The notes under the pieces are model-generated. The model did not search any database and was not told the origin of the DNA. It saw nothing but the letters and a program-made list of their open reading frames with translations. A stretch of 57,205 bases of DNA from a virus (taxonomy: Duplodnaviria > Caudoviricetes): IMG/VR virus record IMGVR_UViG_3300009151_000084, positions 1-57,205 of that record; one strand, 5' to 3'. This document shows positions 1 to 8,928 of this stretch, in pieces. The translations under genes were made by a program, and so were the position numbers. Every line of letters starts with the position of its first letter. The first letter of the stretch is position 1.

Positions 1-26
1 CAGCTTCAAGCACATATAACGCTTAA
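1..26 (+). CDS. 3' end of a truncated gene, paralogue of the glycine-rich protein at 402-1343
   Basis: Frame from nt 3 reads ASSTYNA-stop; the 402-1343 protein ends SSSTYNA-stop. Confidence 0.6.
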
Positions 27-40
27 TTAAGGAGACCATT

Positions 41-391
41 ATGGGTCATTTTGCAAAAGTAGTTGATTCAAAAGTGGTTCAAGTGATTGTTGCTGAACCG
101 GAATTCTTCACGACATTCGTTGACTCAAGCCCCGGCGCTTGGATTCAAACCTCATACAACACGCACGGTAATCAGCACCCAGAAGGTCGCCCATTGCGTG
201 GCAACTACGCAGGCATTGGTTATCACTACGACGCCTTAGCAGACGTTTTCTACGCACCGCAGCCCTACGCATCATGGGTACTAAGCCCACTGACTTTTTT
301 GTGGGAAGCGCCTGTCGCTATGCCTGCTGACGGCAAAGCGTATGAGTGGGACGAAGCCACGACTTCGTGGAAAGAATTAGCTGTAGCTTAA
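41..391 (+). CDS. Hypothetical tail-fibre-associated protein
   Basis: AAGGAG RBS; 116 aa with W/Y/P-rich C-terminus (YEWDEATTSW), as in small genes beside fibre genes. Confidence 0.6.
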   Translation: MGHFAKVVDSKVVQVIVAEPEFFTTFVDSSPGAWIQTSYNTHGNQHPEGRPLRGNYAGIGYHYDALADVFYAPQPYASWVLSPLTFLWEAPVAMPADGKAYEWDEATTSWKELAVA

Positions 392-401
392 AGGACAGAT
401 C

Positions 402-1343
402 ATGGCTCTCGACGTACAAGGTACAGACTATTTAAAACTGCCTGTTGGCACAACGGCGCAACGCCCTACTGTCCCTGCGTCTGGCATGATTCGCCAAAAC
501 TCCACAACGAGCAATCCTGAGTGGTATGACACTACTACGTCATCGTGGCTGCAATTTAGCCAACCTGCGGGGTATTCGGTCAATTACCTAGTGGTTGCGG
601 GTGGTGGTGGAGGTGGTGCATACGATAATGGCGGCGGTGGGGGGGCAGGCGGTCTTTTATCTGCAACTGCAAATTTATCAAGCGGAACTTCATACTCGGT
701 CACAATTGGTTCGGGCGGCGCTGGAGGCACTGCTCCGGGCGCTGCGGGTACGTCCGGTTCAAATTCTGTAATTTCAACTATTAATACTGCTTTGGGCGGC
801 GGTGGCGGTGCTTCTACTGGTGGTGCTGCAAGTAATGGTGGTTCGGGTGGTGGCGGGGCTTATGTTACTTATACAGCATCAGGAACAGGAACGTCAGGAC
901 AAGGTAACGCAGGTGGCACAGGAATTAATGGCACTTATGCTGCGGGTGGTGGTGGGGGTGGTGCAACCGCAATAGGCGGTAATGGTAACGGAGCAACTGG
1001 TGCAGGCGGTGTTGGAGGAGCAGGTGCGTCTAGCTCAATATCTGGTGCTGCCGTAAATTATGGCGGCGGCGGAGGTGGCAGTGGGACTGTAAGTGGTGGC
1101 ACAGGAGGCGCAGGTGGCGGCGGCGCAGGGAGCAATAGCGCTTCAAATGCAACCGCAGGTTCTGTTAATACTGGAGGCGGTGGTGGTGGTGGGCGGTCAG
1201 TTCCAAGCGCAGGCGGCAATGGCGGCTCTGGCATTGTAGTTATCAGTTACCTTGGTTCACAGCGTGGCACAGGCGGCACGGTTACATCTGTGGGTGGCTA
1301 CACGATCCACACTTTCCTTTCATCCTCAACTTATAACGCTTGA
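402..1343 (+). CDS. Glycine-rich virion/tail-fibre-like protein
   Basis: AAGGA RBS; N-terminal LKLPVGTTAQRP fibre motif; long GGGGG-rich body ending GGSGIVVISY...GGYTIHTF. Confidence 0.7.
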   Translation: MALDVQGTDYLKLPVGTTAQRPTVPASGMIRQNSTTSNPEWYDTTTSSWLQFSQPAGYSVNYLVVAGGGGGGAYDNGGGGGAGGLLSATANLSSGTSYSVTIGSGGAGGTAPGAAGTSGSNSVISTINTALGGGGGASTGGAASNGGSGGGGAYVTYTASGTGTSGQGNAGGTGINGTYAAGGGGGGATAIGGNGNGATGAGGVGGAGASSSISGAAVNYGGGGGGSGTVSGGTGGAGGGGAGSNSASNATAGSVNTGGGGGGGRSVPSAGGNGGSGIVVISYLGSQRGTGGTVTSVGGYTIHTFLSSSTYNA

Positions 1344-1348
1344 TAACT

Positions 1349-1516
1349 ATGAACCTCTCAACCGAACTCATCCAAAACATTTTGAATTACCTCGCTCAGC
1401 GCCCCTATGCCGAGGTGTTTCAACTGATCAATGCGGTGCAAACCGAGGTGGCAAAAATAACCAACGGCGGCGCAGGCAACGCGGGTGGCGGTGCTGACGT
1501 TCCAAAAGAGGAGTAG
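1349..1516 (+). CDS. Small helical protein (55 aa), possible fibre chaperone; not in ORF track
   Basis: Translated by hand: MNLSTELIQNILNYLAQRPYAEVFQLINAVQ...; fills the gap between neighbours; resembles 56374-56547. Confidence 0.6.
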   Translation: MNLSTELIQNILNYLAQRPYAEVFQLINAVQTEVAKITNGGAGNAGGGADVPKEE

Positions 1517-1518
1517 TC

Positions 1519-1773
1519 ATGGATTGGCAGAACGTCATCAATGCGGCAATAGGATTGGTATTTGCAATCGGTGGATGGTTTTGCCGACAGCTTTGGGATT
1601 CTGTAAAAGAACTCAAGACCGACATTTCTAATTTAAAGTTGCACGTTAGTGATTCGTACGTCAAAAAGTCTGAAATGGATACGCTCAAGTCCGAGATGGA
1701 CAAACGCTTTGACCGCGTTGAGATGCTGCTCGACCGCTTGTTCGATAAACTTGAATCAAAGGTAGACAAATAA
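1519..1773 (+). CDS. Membrane-anchored coiled-coil protein, lysis cassette (holin/antiholin-like)
   Basis: GAGGAG RBS; N-terminal TM segment followed by coiled coil; lies upstream of the lysin. Confidence 0.55.
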   Translation: MDWQNVINAAIGLVFAIGGWFCRQLWDSVKELKTDISNLKLHVSDSYVKKSEMDTLKSEMDKRFDRVEMLLDRLFDKLESKVDK

Positions 1774-2138
1774 TGGATCCGTTAACCATCCTCGCAGCGC
1801 TTGGGCCACTCGCCGTAGACCTTGGCAAGAGCCTAATCGGCAGGTTCATCCAGACCGATGTCTACAAGCCGACCAACATTGCCGAATACGCACAGATGCG
1901 GAACACCGACCTAGCCATGTTCCAAGCGATGAACAACGCAGGGGCGGGCGGTGCAACATACCCGTGGGTGGAAGCGGTGGTTAGGCTCATGCGTCCTGCT
2001 GTCGGGGCTATTGTGTTGGGTACTTGGTCGTTCATGATGCTAACAGGGCAAGAAAATCCTGCTGTCAACAATTTTGCAAGCGCCGTTGGGTTTTATCTCT
2101 TTGGCGATCGCACACTTTTTTACTCGCAGAAAAAATGA
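1773..2138 (+). CDS. Putative holin
   Basis: Hydrophobic segments, WVEAVVRLMRP and FYLFGDRT motifs typical of 3TM-type holins; overlaps the lysin start (ATGA). Confidence 0.6.
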   Translation: MDPLTILAALGPLAVDLGKSLIGRFIQTDVYKPTNIAEYAQMRNTDLAMFQAMNNAGAGGATYPWVEAVVRLMRPAVGAIVLGTWSFMMLTGQENPAVNNFASAVGFYLFGDRTLFYSQKK

Positions 2139-2671
2139 AACACAACTGGCAAAAAGCATTTGAACAGATGCTCAAAAGCGAAGGCGGGTTTACTGATGAC
2201 GAGCATGACAACGGCAACAAGCTACCAGACGGGCGCAAAGGCTCGACCATGCTTGGCGTGACGCAATACAACTGGGAAGCGCACGTTGGGCATCAGGTCA
2301 CGCACGACGATATGCGCAAGCTAACCGCTGCGGATGTTGAACCGCTGTACAAAAAGAAGTATTGGGACGTTGTGCAGGGCGATAAGCTGCCAAACGGCAT
2401 TGACTACCTCTGCTTTGATATGGGGGTCAATGCGGGCTCGCAGCGGTCGATTAAGCTCCTTCAAACTGCCGTAGGTGTAACTGCCGATGGTGGGCTTGGG
2501 GCGATCACTTTGTCGGCTGTTTGGGCGGCTGACCCTGTCGTGTTAATTGAGAAGTTTAGCCAAGAAAAAGAAAAGTTTTACCGCAGTCTGGATTCTTTTG
2601 ACGTATACGGTAATGGTTGGCTTAATCGTGTGGCAGAAGTTAAACTGAAAGCATCCTCAATGGTGGCGTGA
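2135..2671 (+). CDS. Endolysin, glycoside hydrolase family 108 with peptidoglycan-binding C-terminus
   Basis: SEGGF...D...G.T..GVT catalytic region, YKKKYWD, FDMGVNAG, GWLNRV; ATG at 2135 preferred over the 2024 start. Confidence 0.85.
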   Translation: MKHNWQKAFEQMLKSEGGFTDDEHDNGNKLPDGRKGSTMLGVTQYNWEAHVGHQVTHDDMRKLTAADVEPLYKKKYWDVVQGDKLPNGIDYLCFDMGVNAGSQRSIKLLQTAVGVTADGGLGAITLSAVWAADPVVLIEKFSQEKEKFYRSLDSFDVYGNGWLNRVAEVKLKASSMVA

Positions 2672-3225
2672 TGAAAACACTTTTTGCTTTAGTCAGCGCG
2701 GTCGTATTGTTCTGGGTATCAGCGCTATTTGTCACGATTCAAGCACAGACATTAGGCACCTGCACGGGTCAGTACGCGCTATGCGCAGCCTCTGGCGCCA
2801 CGCCTACTGGTAAGACCATGCTCATCAACGGCAAGCCCTTTGCGCAGGGCGTGGCGGTTTGCCCTATCTTGACAGGCATGGCGATCGCCGACCTTGACAT
2901 GATGGGCAGTTGTAACGCACCGAAAGGCAAGGTATGGAGTCTGTTCGGCATCCCACCTGTCTCGGCTTACCCACAGGCGCCGACGTGGGAGGTCATGCCT
3001 GCTGCGTTTAACAGTTTCAAACTGACCAAAGAAAACGGCATGAGCAATATGTGGTCGTACATTTGTGACCGTCAAGAAAAGCGCGTAAACGGGGTGGAGC
3101 TCGCGTCCTGTTACGGGCCGATCAACGAGTCTCCTTGGACACACAACCACGTCGTGCAGGGTGAGACTGTCTTCACTCAGGCGCCCGTTGGCACGATTAA
3201 CGCAGTCGGCGGCAATCTACCATGA
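2668..3225 (+). CDS. Cys-rich exported protein of unknown function
   Basis: Signal-peptide-like N-terminus (MMKTLFALVSAVVLFW...AQ), several Cys; coupled to both neighbours by overlaps. Confidence 0.6.
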   Translation: MMKTLFALVSAVVLFWVSALFVTIQAQTLGTCTGQYALCAASGATPTGKTMLINGKPFAQGVAVCPILTGMAIADLDMMGSCNAPKGKVWSLFGIPPVSAYPQAPTWEVMPAAFNSFKLTKENGMSNMWSYICDRQEKRVNGVELASCYGPINESPWTHNHVVQGETVFTQAPVGTINAVGGNLP

Positions 3226-3851
3226 CCACCTCATTCACGCTCACCTACGACAACTTAGTCAGCTCGGTCGAGCAGTATCTCGAGCGTAATGACGCCGCTG
3301 TCGTCGATCAGATCCCCACGTTTATAACTCTTGCTGAATTTGAGATTGCACAGCAGATTAAAACGCTCGGTCAAATTCAGGTTGTTCAAACCAATTTAAG
3401 CGTTAGCAACCCGATTCTGCAGAAACCTGCTCGATGGCGTAAAACAGTTTCAATGACTGTCACGAGCGGTACGACAAAGAGCCCAGTCTTCCTTCGCAAG
3501 TTTGAGTATCTGCAGTCATACAACAATGAAGGCAATACTGGTTTGCCGCTTTACTACGGCGATTATGACTACGACCATTGGTTAGTCGCCCCTGCGCCTG
3601 ATCAGGCATACCAAATTGAGGTACTTTACTATGAACGCCTTCAGCCTTTGTCTTCAGAAAATCAAACAAATTGGATCACAAATAATGCTCCAAACGCGAT
3701 GCTTTTTGGCACGCTTCTACAAGCGGTGATCTACCTAAAGGATGACGCTCGTCAGATTTTTCAACAGAAATATGACATGGCAATGCAGGCGCTCAAGGCT
3801 GAGGATGTTACTCGCATTGGCGACAGATCAGCCGTGGCGATGGATACCTAA
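3222..3851 (+). CDS. Head-tail adaptor / tail tubular-like protein
   Basis: IPTFITLAE, P.PDQAY.IEVLYY, NWITNNAPNAMLFGTL pattern of podovirus adaptor proteins; first gene of the tail block. Confidence 0.6.
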   Translation: MTTSFTLTYDNLVSSVEQYLERNDAAVVDQIPTFITLAEFEIAQQIKTLGQIQVVQTNLSVSNPILQKPARWRKTVSMTVTSGTTKSPVFLRKFEYLQSYNNEGNTGLPLYYGDYDYDHWLVAPAPDQAYQIEVLYYERLQPLSSENQTNWITNNAPNAMLFGTLLQAVIYLKDDARQIFQQKYDMAMQALKAEDVTRIGDRSAVAMDT

Positions 3852-3853
3852 AC

Positions 3854-5074
3854 ATGACAACCTACGTCAACCCATTCACTGGACAAACACTCTCACCTTC
3901 GCAGGTGGGTTATGAGTCGCTGACGCTATCAGTGAGCACCACGTTGCAGTGGCCCGTCAACGGCAACACCTCAAGCGTCGTCGCCTCGATCATCGAAGTC
4001 AGCGCCACAACCACTAGCCTGAACCTAATCATGCCCTCGGCACTACAGGTGTCAACAGGTCAGAGCGTGCTGATCCGCAATATCGGCTCTAACACTTTCA
4101 CGGTCACTACCGCATCGGGCGCAACAATCGTGTCCATCGCTTCGGGCGTGGCTCAATACATTTACTTAACAGGCAACACAACAAATGACGGTACTTGGTC
4201 TACTGTGGTATTCGGTGCAGGTACTTCGGCGGCGAACGCCGCGACCTTGGCGGGATATGGTTTAACCGCAATCACCACAACTCTTAACCAACAATATGCT
4301 GAAAGCGCACTGTTTTCAAGCGTTGTATTAAACGACACTTACCGAGCGCAGTTCCTAGTCTGGTCATCTGGGGTAGGTACGATTACGCTTCCCAACGCCA
4401 CGACTGTTGGGAACGGTTGGTTTGTGATGATCCGCAATGGCGGTTCAGGCATAGTTACCTTGACACCGTCAGGCACGAATACAATTGACGGCAGTGCCAC
4501 GCAACAACTGCAACTTACAGAATCTCTTGTGATCGTGTCAAATGGCGCTACAGGATGGTCTACGTTCGCATATGGGCGCTCGAACACGTTTGCCTATACC
4601 CAACTAGCCAAGACCGTCACGACAGGCACCTACACGCTTACAGCGGTTGAGTACGCAAACGTCGTGCAGGAGTATTTCGGTGCATTGACTGGCAACGTGA
4701 TTGTTATATTACCGTCAACTGTTCAAATTTATTACCTGAATAACCAGACGACTAACTCTTACTCGTTGACATTTAAGACGTCATCTGTAGGTGCGGCGAA
4801 TGTTACCGTTCCGCAAGGTCAGACGCTTACAGTAGTGTGCGATGGAACGAACGTATACAACTCAAGCTCAGCCTCTGGCGGCTCAATTACAACGCTGACT
4901 GTAGGTGTTGGTTCAGTAACGAATCCGTCGATTAACTTTTCTGGCAATACTAATACAGGTATCTATCAACCTGCGACCAATCAATTTGCACTTGCGCTAA
5001 ACGGCGCCAACGCCTTGACACTGACAACCTCTGGGTTATTTGTGCCCGCGGGAATCAGCGGAGGTACGTTCTAA
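3854..5074 (+). CDS. Tail structural / fibre-base protein
   Basis: Thr/Ser/Gly-rich beta-strand repeats (TITLP, IRNGGSG, PSINFSGNTNTGIY). Confidence 0.6.
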   Translation: MTTYVNPFTGQTLSPSQVGYESLTLSVSTTLQWPVNGNTSSVVASIIEVSATTTSLNLIMPSALQVSTGQSVLIRNIGSNTFTVTTASGATIVSIASGVAQYIYLTGNTTNDGTWSTVVFGAGTSAANAATLAGYGLTAITTTLNQQYAESALFSSVVLNDTYRAQFLVWSSGVGTITLPNATTVGNGWFVMIRNGGSGIVTLTPSGTNTIDGSATQQLQLTESLVIVSNGATGWSTFAYGRSNTFAYTQLAKTVTTGTYTLTAVEYANVVQEYFGALTGNVIVILPSTVQIYYLNNQTTNSYSLTFKTSSVGAANVTVPQGQTLTVVCDGTNVYNSSSASGGSITTLTVGVGSVTNPSINFSGNTNTGIYQPATNQFALALNGANALTLTTSGLFVPAGISGGTF

Positions 5075-6849
5075 TGAGCGCCAAGGTAATCTCGCTCAAG
5101 ATTGCTGCAGGCATTCAGCGTGACGGTACATTGTTTGACGCGTCGTGCTACGTCGACGGGTCATGGATGAGGTTCCAACGAGGGCGCCCGCGTAAGATGG
5201 GTGGTTATAAGGGTATATTTCAAAATGCCTCAAGTATTAGCCGCGGCATGACGCTTAGTTCGTTGAACGGTTTGACGTATGTGTATTCAGGTTACGACGC
5301 AGGGATGCAGTATTGGACGACGGATAATGATGACGGGATCGGGGCGGGGCCAAACCCCATCACAATGACCAGTGGGTTCTCAACTAGCTCCTCAAACCTG
5401 TGGCAGTTCGATATTGGCTATAACTTGAATGGGGGTGTGGATACGATCGTCGCGCACCCCGGTTTAAATCTTGCTCACATTGATAACACAGTAAATACTC
5501 CAGTGTTGTACGGCACGTTCCCCGGGGGTGCGATGTCCCCCGTCGGTCAGTTCACCGCCGCCGTGGCGCTCGTCAACGGCTCACCTAACGGCGTAATCAC
5601 AGGTATAAACGCGCTCGTATACTCAGGTCAGCTAGTTACAGGCACAGGCATCCCTGTCGGCGCAACGGTGCTTACCTCGACGGTTGTCGGTAGCAACACC
5701 AATATTGTTCTGTCCGCTAATTACACAGGCACCACGGGTACACAGACGCTGACTTTTGATAATCAGATCAACGTGAGTGGCGGGTGCTGCCTCATCTACC
5801 CCTATTTGTTTGTTTACGGCAACAATGGGCTGATTCAGAATAGTAGCGCGGGGAATTATCAGAACTGGGTCGCCGCTGACGCCAATGCGAACAACGTGGC
5901 GACTACCAAGATCGTCAAGGGCATGCCCATCCGCGGTGGTACAACATCACCTAGCGGACTGTTCTGGTCTCTTGATAGTTTGGTGCGGGTAAGTTTTGCA
6001 CCTCAAACAGTCGGCACAAGCACCACATACTGGCGCTATGACCTGATCACCTGCCAGTCATCTTTACTCTCGTCCTCTAGCATCATCGAGTATGACGGCA
6101 TCTATTACTGGTGCGGCGTTGATCGCTTCTTGACCTACAACGGCGTGGTTCAAGAGCTCAAAAACGACATGTGCATGAACCACTTTTATGACAACCTAAA
6201 CTACGCACAGCGTCAAAAAGTATGGGTTAGTAAAATCCCTAGATGGGGCGAAATTTGGTGGTTTTATCCAAGGGGCGACGCAACAGAATGCAACGACGCG
6301 GTGATCTACAACGTACGCGATAAGGTCTGGTACGACGTGGGTGAGGGCTTAGGTGCTCGGCGTTCGGCAGGCACGTTCAGCGAGGTGTTTCGCTTCCCGA
6401 TATGGGCAGGTAACGAGTTGAGCTCAGCGAGCAAGACCATCCTGTGGCAGCATGAGACTGGCACAAATCAGGTCAACCTCACACAAGAGACGGCGATCCA
6501 AAGCTATTTTGAGACAAACAATTTAGGGTGGGTCACGGGGGGCCCAAACCAATTCGCGCAAACCATTCAGGGTAACAACAACTACATCCGCCTAGAGCGC
6601 ATCGAGCCTGACTTCATCCAAAGCGGCGACATGAACTGTTACGTCACAGGTAAGGGTTATGCGGCGGATACTGACGTGACCTCGCCTGCCTATGTGTTTA
6701 GCCCGAATACACTTAAAATTGACCTGCGCGAGCAGCGTCGTGAGATGCGCTTGCGGTTTGAGTCAAACGTGGTGAACGGCAACTATGTGACGGGCAATAT
6801 TTTGGTCTCTGCCGATGCGGGTGACGTTCGCAGCACAGGAAATCCGTAA
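5074..6849 (+). CDS. Tail hub / DNA stabilisation protein (P22 gp10-like)
   Basis: 591 aa, beta-propeller-like; GEIWWFYP...ECNDAVIYN, RIEPDF motifs; position in the tail block. Confidence 0.6.
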   Translation: MSAKVISLKIAAGIQRDGTLFDASCYVDGSWMRFQRGRPRKMGGYKGIFQNASSISRGMTLSSLNGLTYVYSGYDAGMQYWTTDNDDGIGAGPNPITMTSGFSTSSSNLWQFDIGYNLNGGVDTIVAHPGLNLAHIDNTVNTPVLYGTFPGGAMSPVGQFTAAVALVNGSPNGVITGINALVYSGQLVTGTGIPVGATVLTSTVVGSNTNIVLSANYTGTTGTQTLTFDNQINVSGGCCLIYPYLFVYGNNGLIQNSSAGNYQNWVAADANANNVATTKIVKGMPIRGGTTSPSGLFWSLDSLVRVSFAPQTVGTSTTYWRYDLITCQSSLLSSSSIIEYDGIYYWCGVDRFLTYNGVVQELKNDMCMNHFYDNLNYAQRQKVWVSKIPRWGEIWWFYPRGDATECNDAVIYNVRDKVWYDVGEGLGARRSAGTFSEVFRFPIWAGNELSSASKTILWQHETGTNQVNLTQETAIQSYFETNNLGWVTGGPNQFAQTIQGNNNYIRLERIEPDFIQSGDMNCYVTGKGYAADTDVTSPAYVFSPNTLKIDLREQRREMRLRFESNVVNGNYVTGNILVSADAGDVRSTGNP

Positions 6850-7088
6850 TGGTCACCTACGACCCTCGGGGTATGGAGTGGAATTTTTGGTGCCCATTGA
6901 TGGCAGAGCTTTTTGCAGGGCAACAACTTGGCACAGTGCCCGAGGAGCAGTGGCAGGATTGGGCAAATGGCGTATCTGGGATTGGTTATTTTGGCAATTC
7001 AGCAGTACCTGATGCAAGTTGTTTTGATGACTGGCAAGACTGGGCGCAAGCGCTAGTGGGTATTATGGATATAAAGGCAACAGCATGA
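6849..7088 (+). CDS. Small Trp-rich hypothetical protein
   Basis: Repeated WQDWA; overlaps both neighbours. Confidence 0.6.
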   Translation: MVTYDPRGMEWNFWCPLMAELFAGQQLGTVPEEQWQDWANGVSGIGYFGNSAVPDASCFDDWQDWAQALVGIMDIKATA

Positions 7089-8926
7089 GTGACTCGCAAG
7101 ACGATCCACAAACTATCGACCCATCTTTGTCAATCACGCCAGAGAACATCAGTGCCGCATATTCAAAACTGTTTGGCGGTGAGGCGCCGTCGGAATATGT
7201 AAATCAAGTGCAGAATCTTTACCAAAACAAAGGTAAAGATATGAGTAGTTTGAAGAACGACATGGTGACGTCTGCAGCAACCGCCAACATGCCCTTTGCA
7301 AACAAACCCGGTGACAATAGCGCCTTTACAGGTGGGGCGGCATACTACCAAGGTCAGGGCTACACGCCGGGGGGCTATACCTATGAGGGCGTACCGACAC
7401 AGTTCATTGACCCTAAGACGGGGAAAGTCGTTGCCAATTACGGCACAATTCAAGAAGGGCCACAAGTTAGTCGTGGTGGCTCAGATCAAACATCAGATTG
7501 GACATGGAACAACGCCTCTGCAACTCCTGAAGGATATGCTACAGGTCTAGCGCAAGCCAATAAAAATACAGGTGGATATTCTGACGCACTAAGAGCTACT
7601 GCAATTATGGCTGCTCTGGCAGCGTTTCCTTATCTTGCGCCAGAGTTAATGCCTTTGATGATCGGTGCTGAGGGTGCAGCAGGGGCAGCAGGTGGTGCAG
7701 GTGCTTTAGGAGCTCTAGGTACAGGCGCAGCGGAAGGGGCAGGAGCTTTAGGCGTTGCAGGTGGGGATATTGGTGCGTTCACAGCCGCTGATGCCGCTGC
7801 TAGTGTAGCAGGTGAGGGCGCATTCAATATGGCAGACGCTCTTGGCATGACGCTTGATCAGGCGGTGAACACAGGATTGATCTCATCAACTGGTGAGCTA
7901 ACTTCTTTGGGTACCGAAGCATTAATGGGTCTAGGTGGGGAAGCCACAGGCGCGGCAGGATTTTCAGGAACTGAAGGCGAATTAACTGCCTCTGATGCAT
8001 TGAAATACGCAAACCGTGCGCGTCAGGTCGCCAATTTAGCCAAAGGAGCTCTTGGATCAGGAGCCGTACCTTCGGCGGCAGGAACTGGTGCCGTACCTTC
8101 GGCGGCAGGAACTGGTGCCGTACCTGCTGCGGCAGGAGTTGGCGCTACGGCGGCGGCGGCGAGTCAGAACGGCGCGTGGAACACTTTTCTTAACCCAACG
8201 CACATCAAACAAGACATAGTTGCGCAAAAGCCCATCATGCAAAATCCTGAATTAGCAAAGCTTTATAAGGATCTCGATCCTTACCTGAACAATCAATTAG
8301 CTCAGGCAGGCATGACGCCATCGAACCTCGGTGGGGGTCAAATGCCTGTGAATTTTGGCAGCAATCAACAGCCCGCACAGCCTTCGGCTAACTACTTCAC
8401 CTACGGCTCATCTTCGCCAATGCAGATGGCAAACTATGGTCAACAGTTGATCAATGGTGCCCCCCTGACCGCCAAAAAAGGTGGTGCCATCAATAAGGCA
8501 AAGGGTGGTCGGATGCATGATTCTGAGTTTGATAAAACCGCGATGGGTGGCAACTATGGTGCATTAACTGCACAAGCAATGAAGCTGCTGAACCCAAGCT
8601 TTGACGTCGGTCAATTGGCGGGATTCAAGGACGGCGGGCAAGAGCATATCCCTGAATTCATCACAGGCGCCACAGGTCATTATGTGAAGGGTCGAGGCGA
8701 TGGACAGAGTGATGACATTCCTGCGATGCTCGCCGATGGTGAGTATGTGTTTGATGCTGACACGGTTGCACAACTAGGCAATGGATCAAGTGACGCAGGA
8801 GCCAAAGTCCTTGATAAAATGAGGGAATCAATCAGGGCGCATAAGCGATCAGCGGATGTCGATGAAATCCCACCAAAGAGTAAATCACCCCTTGAATACA
8901 TCAAGGAAGGAATGAAGAGGAAATAA
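7085..8926 (+). CDS. Internal virion / ejection protein with C-terminal tape-measure-type GxGxGxSDxIPAxLxxGEYV domain
   Basis: Ala/Gly-rich hydrophobic middle; FKDGG...KGRGDGQSDDIPAMLADGEYV near the C-terminus. Confidence 0.6.
   Translation: MSDSQDDPQTIDPSLSITPENISAAYSKLFGGEAPSEYVNQVQNLYQNKGKDMSSLKNDMVTSAATANMPFANKPGDNSAFTGGAAYYQGQGYTPGGYTYEGVPTQFIDPKTGKVVANYGTIQEGPQVSRGGSDQTSDWTWNNASATPEGYATGLAQANKNTGGYSDALRATAIMAALAAFPYLAPELMPLMIGAEGAAGAAGGAGALGALGTGAAEGAGALGVAGGDIGAFTAADAAASVAGEGAFNMADALGMTLDQAVNTGLISSTGELTSLGTEALMGLGGEATGAAGFSGTEGELTASDALKYANRARQVANLAKGALGSGAVPSAAGTGAVPSAAGTGAVPAAAGVGATAAAASQNGAWNTFLNPTHIKQDIVAQKPIMQNPELAKLYKDLDPYLNNQLAQAGMTPSNLGGGQMPVNFGSNQQPAQPSANYFTYGSSSPMQMANYGQQLINGAPLTAKKGGAINKAKGGRMHDSEFDKTAMGGNYGALTAQAMKLLNPSFDVGQLAGFKDGGQEHIPEFITGATGHYVKGRGDGQSDDIPAMLADGEYVFDADTVAQLGNGSSDAGAKVLDKMRESIRAHKRSADVDEIPPKSKSPLEYIKEGMKRK
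8060..8140 (+). repeat. 27-bp coding tandem repeat x3 (GAVPSAAGT)
   Basis: Units at 8060-8086, 8087-8113 and 8114-8140; the third is diverged. Confidence 0.9.
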
Positions 8927-8928
8927 TC

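Noticed and set aside
595-1235. Glycine-rich region as collagen or as part of the xxxGG signal
   Set aside because: No Gly-X-Y periodicity, and GG is trivially frequent here, so it was excluded from the motif argument.
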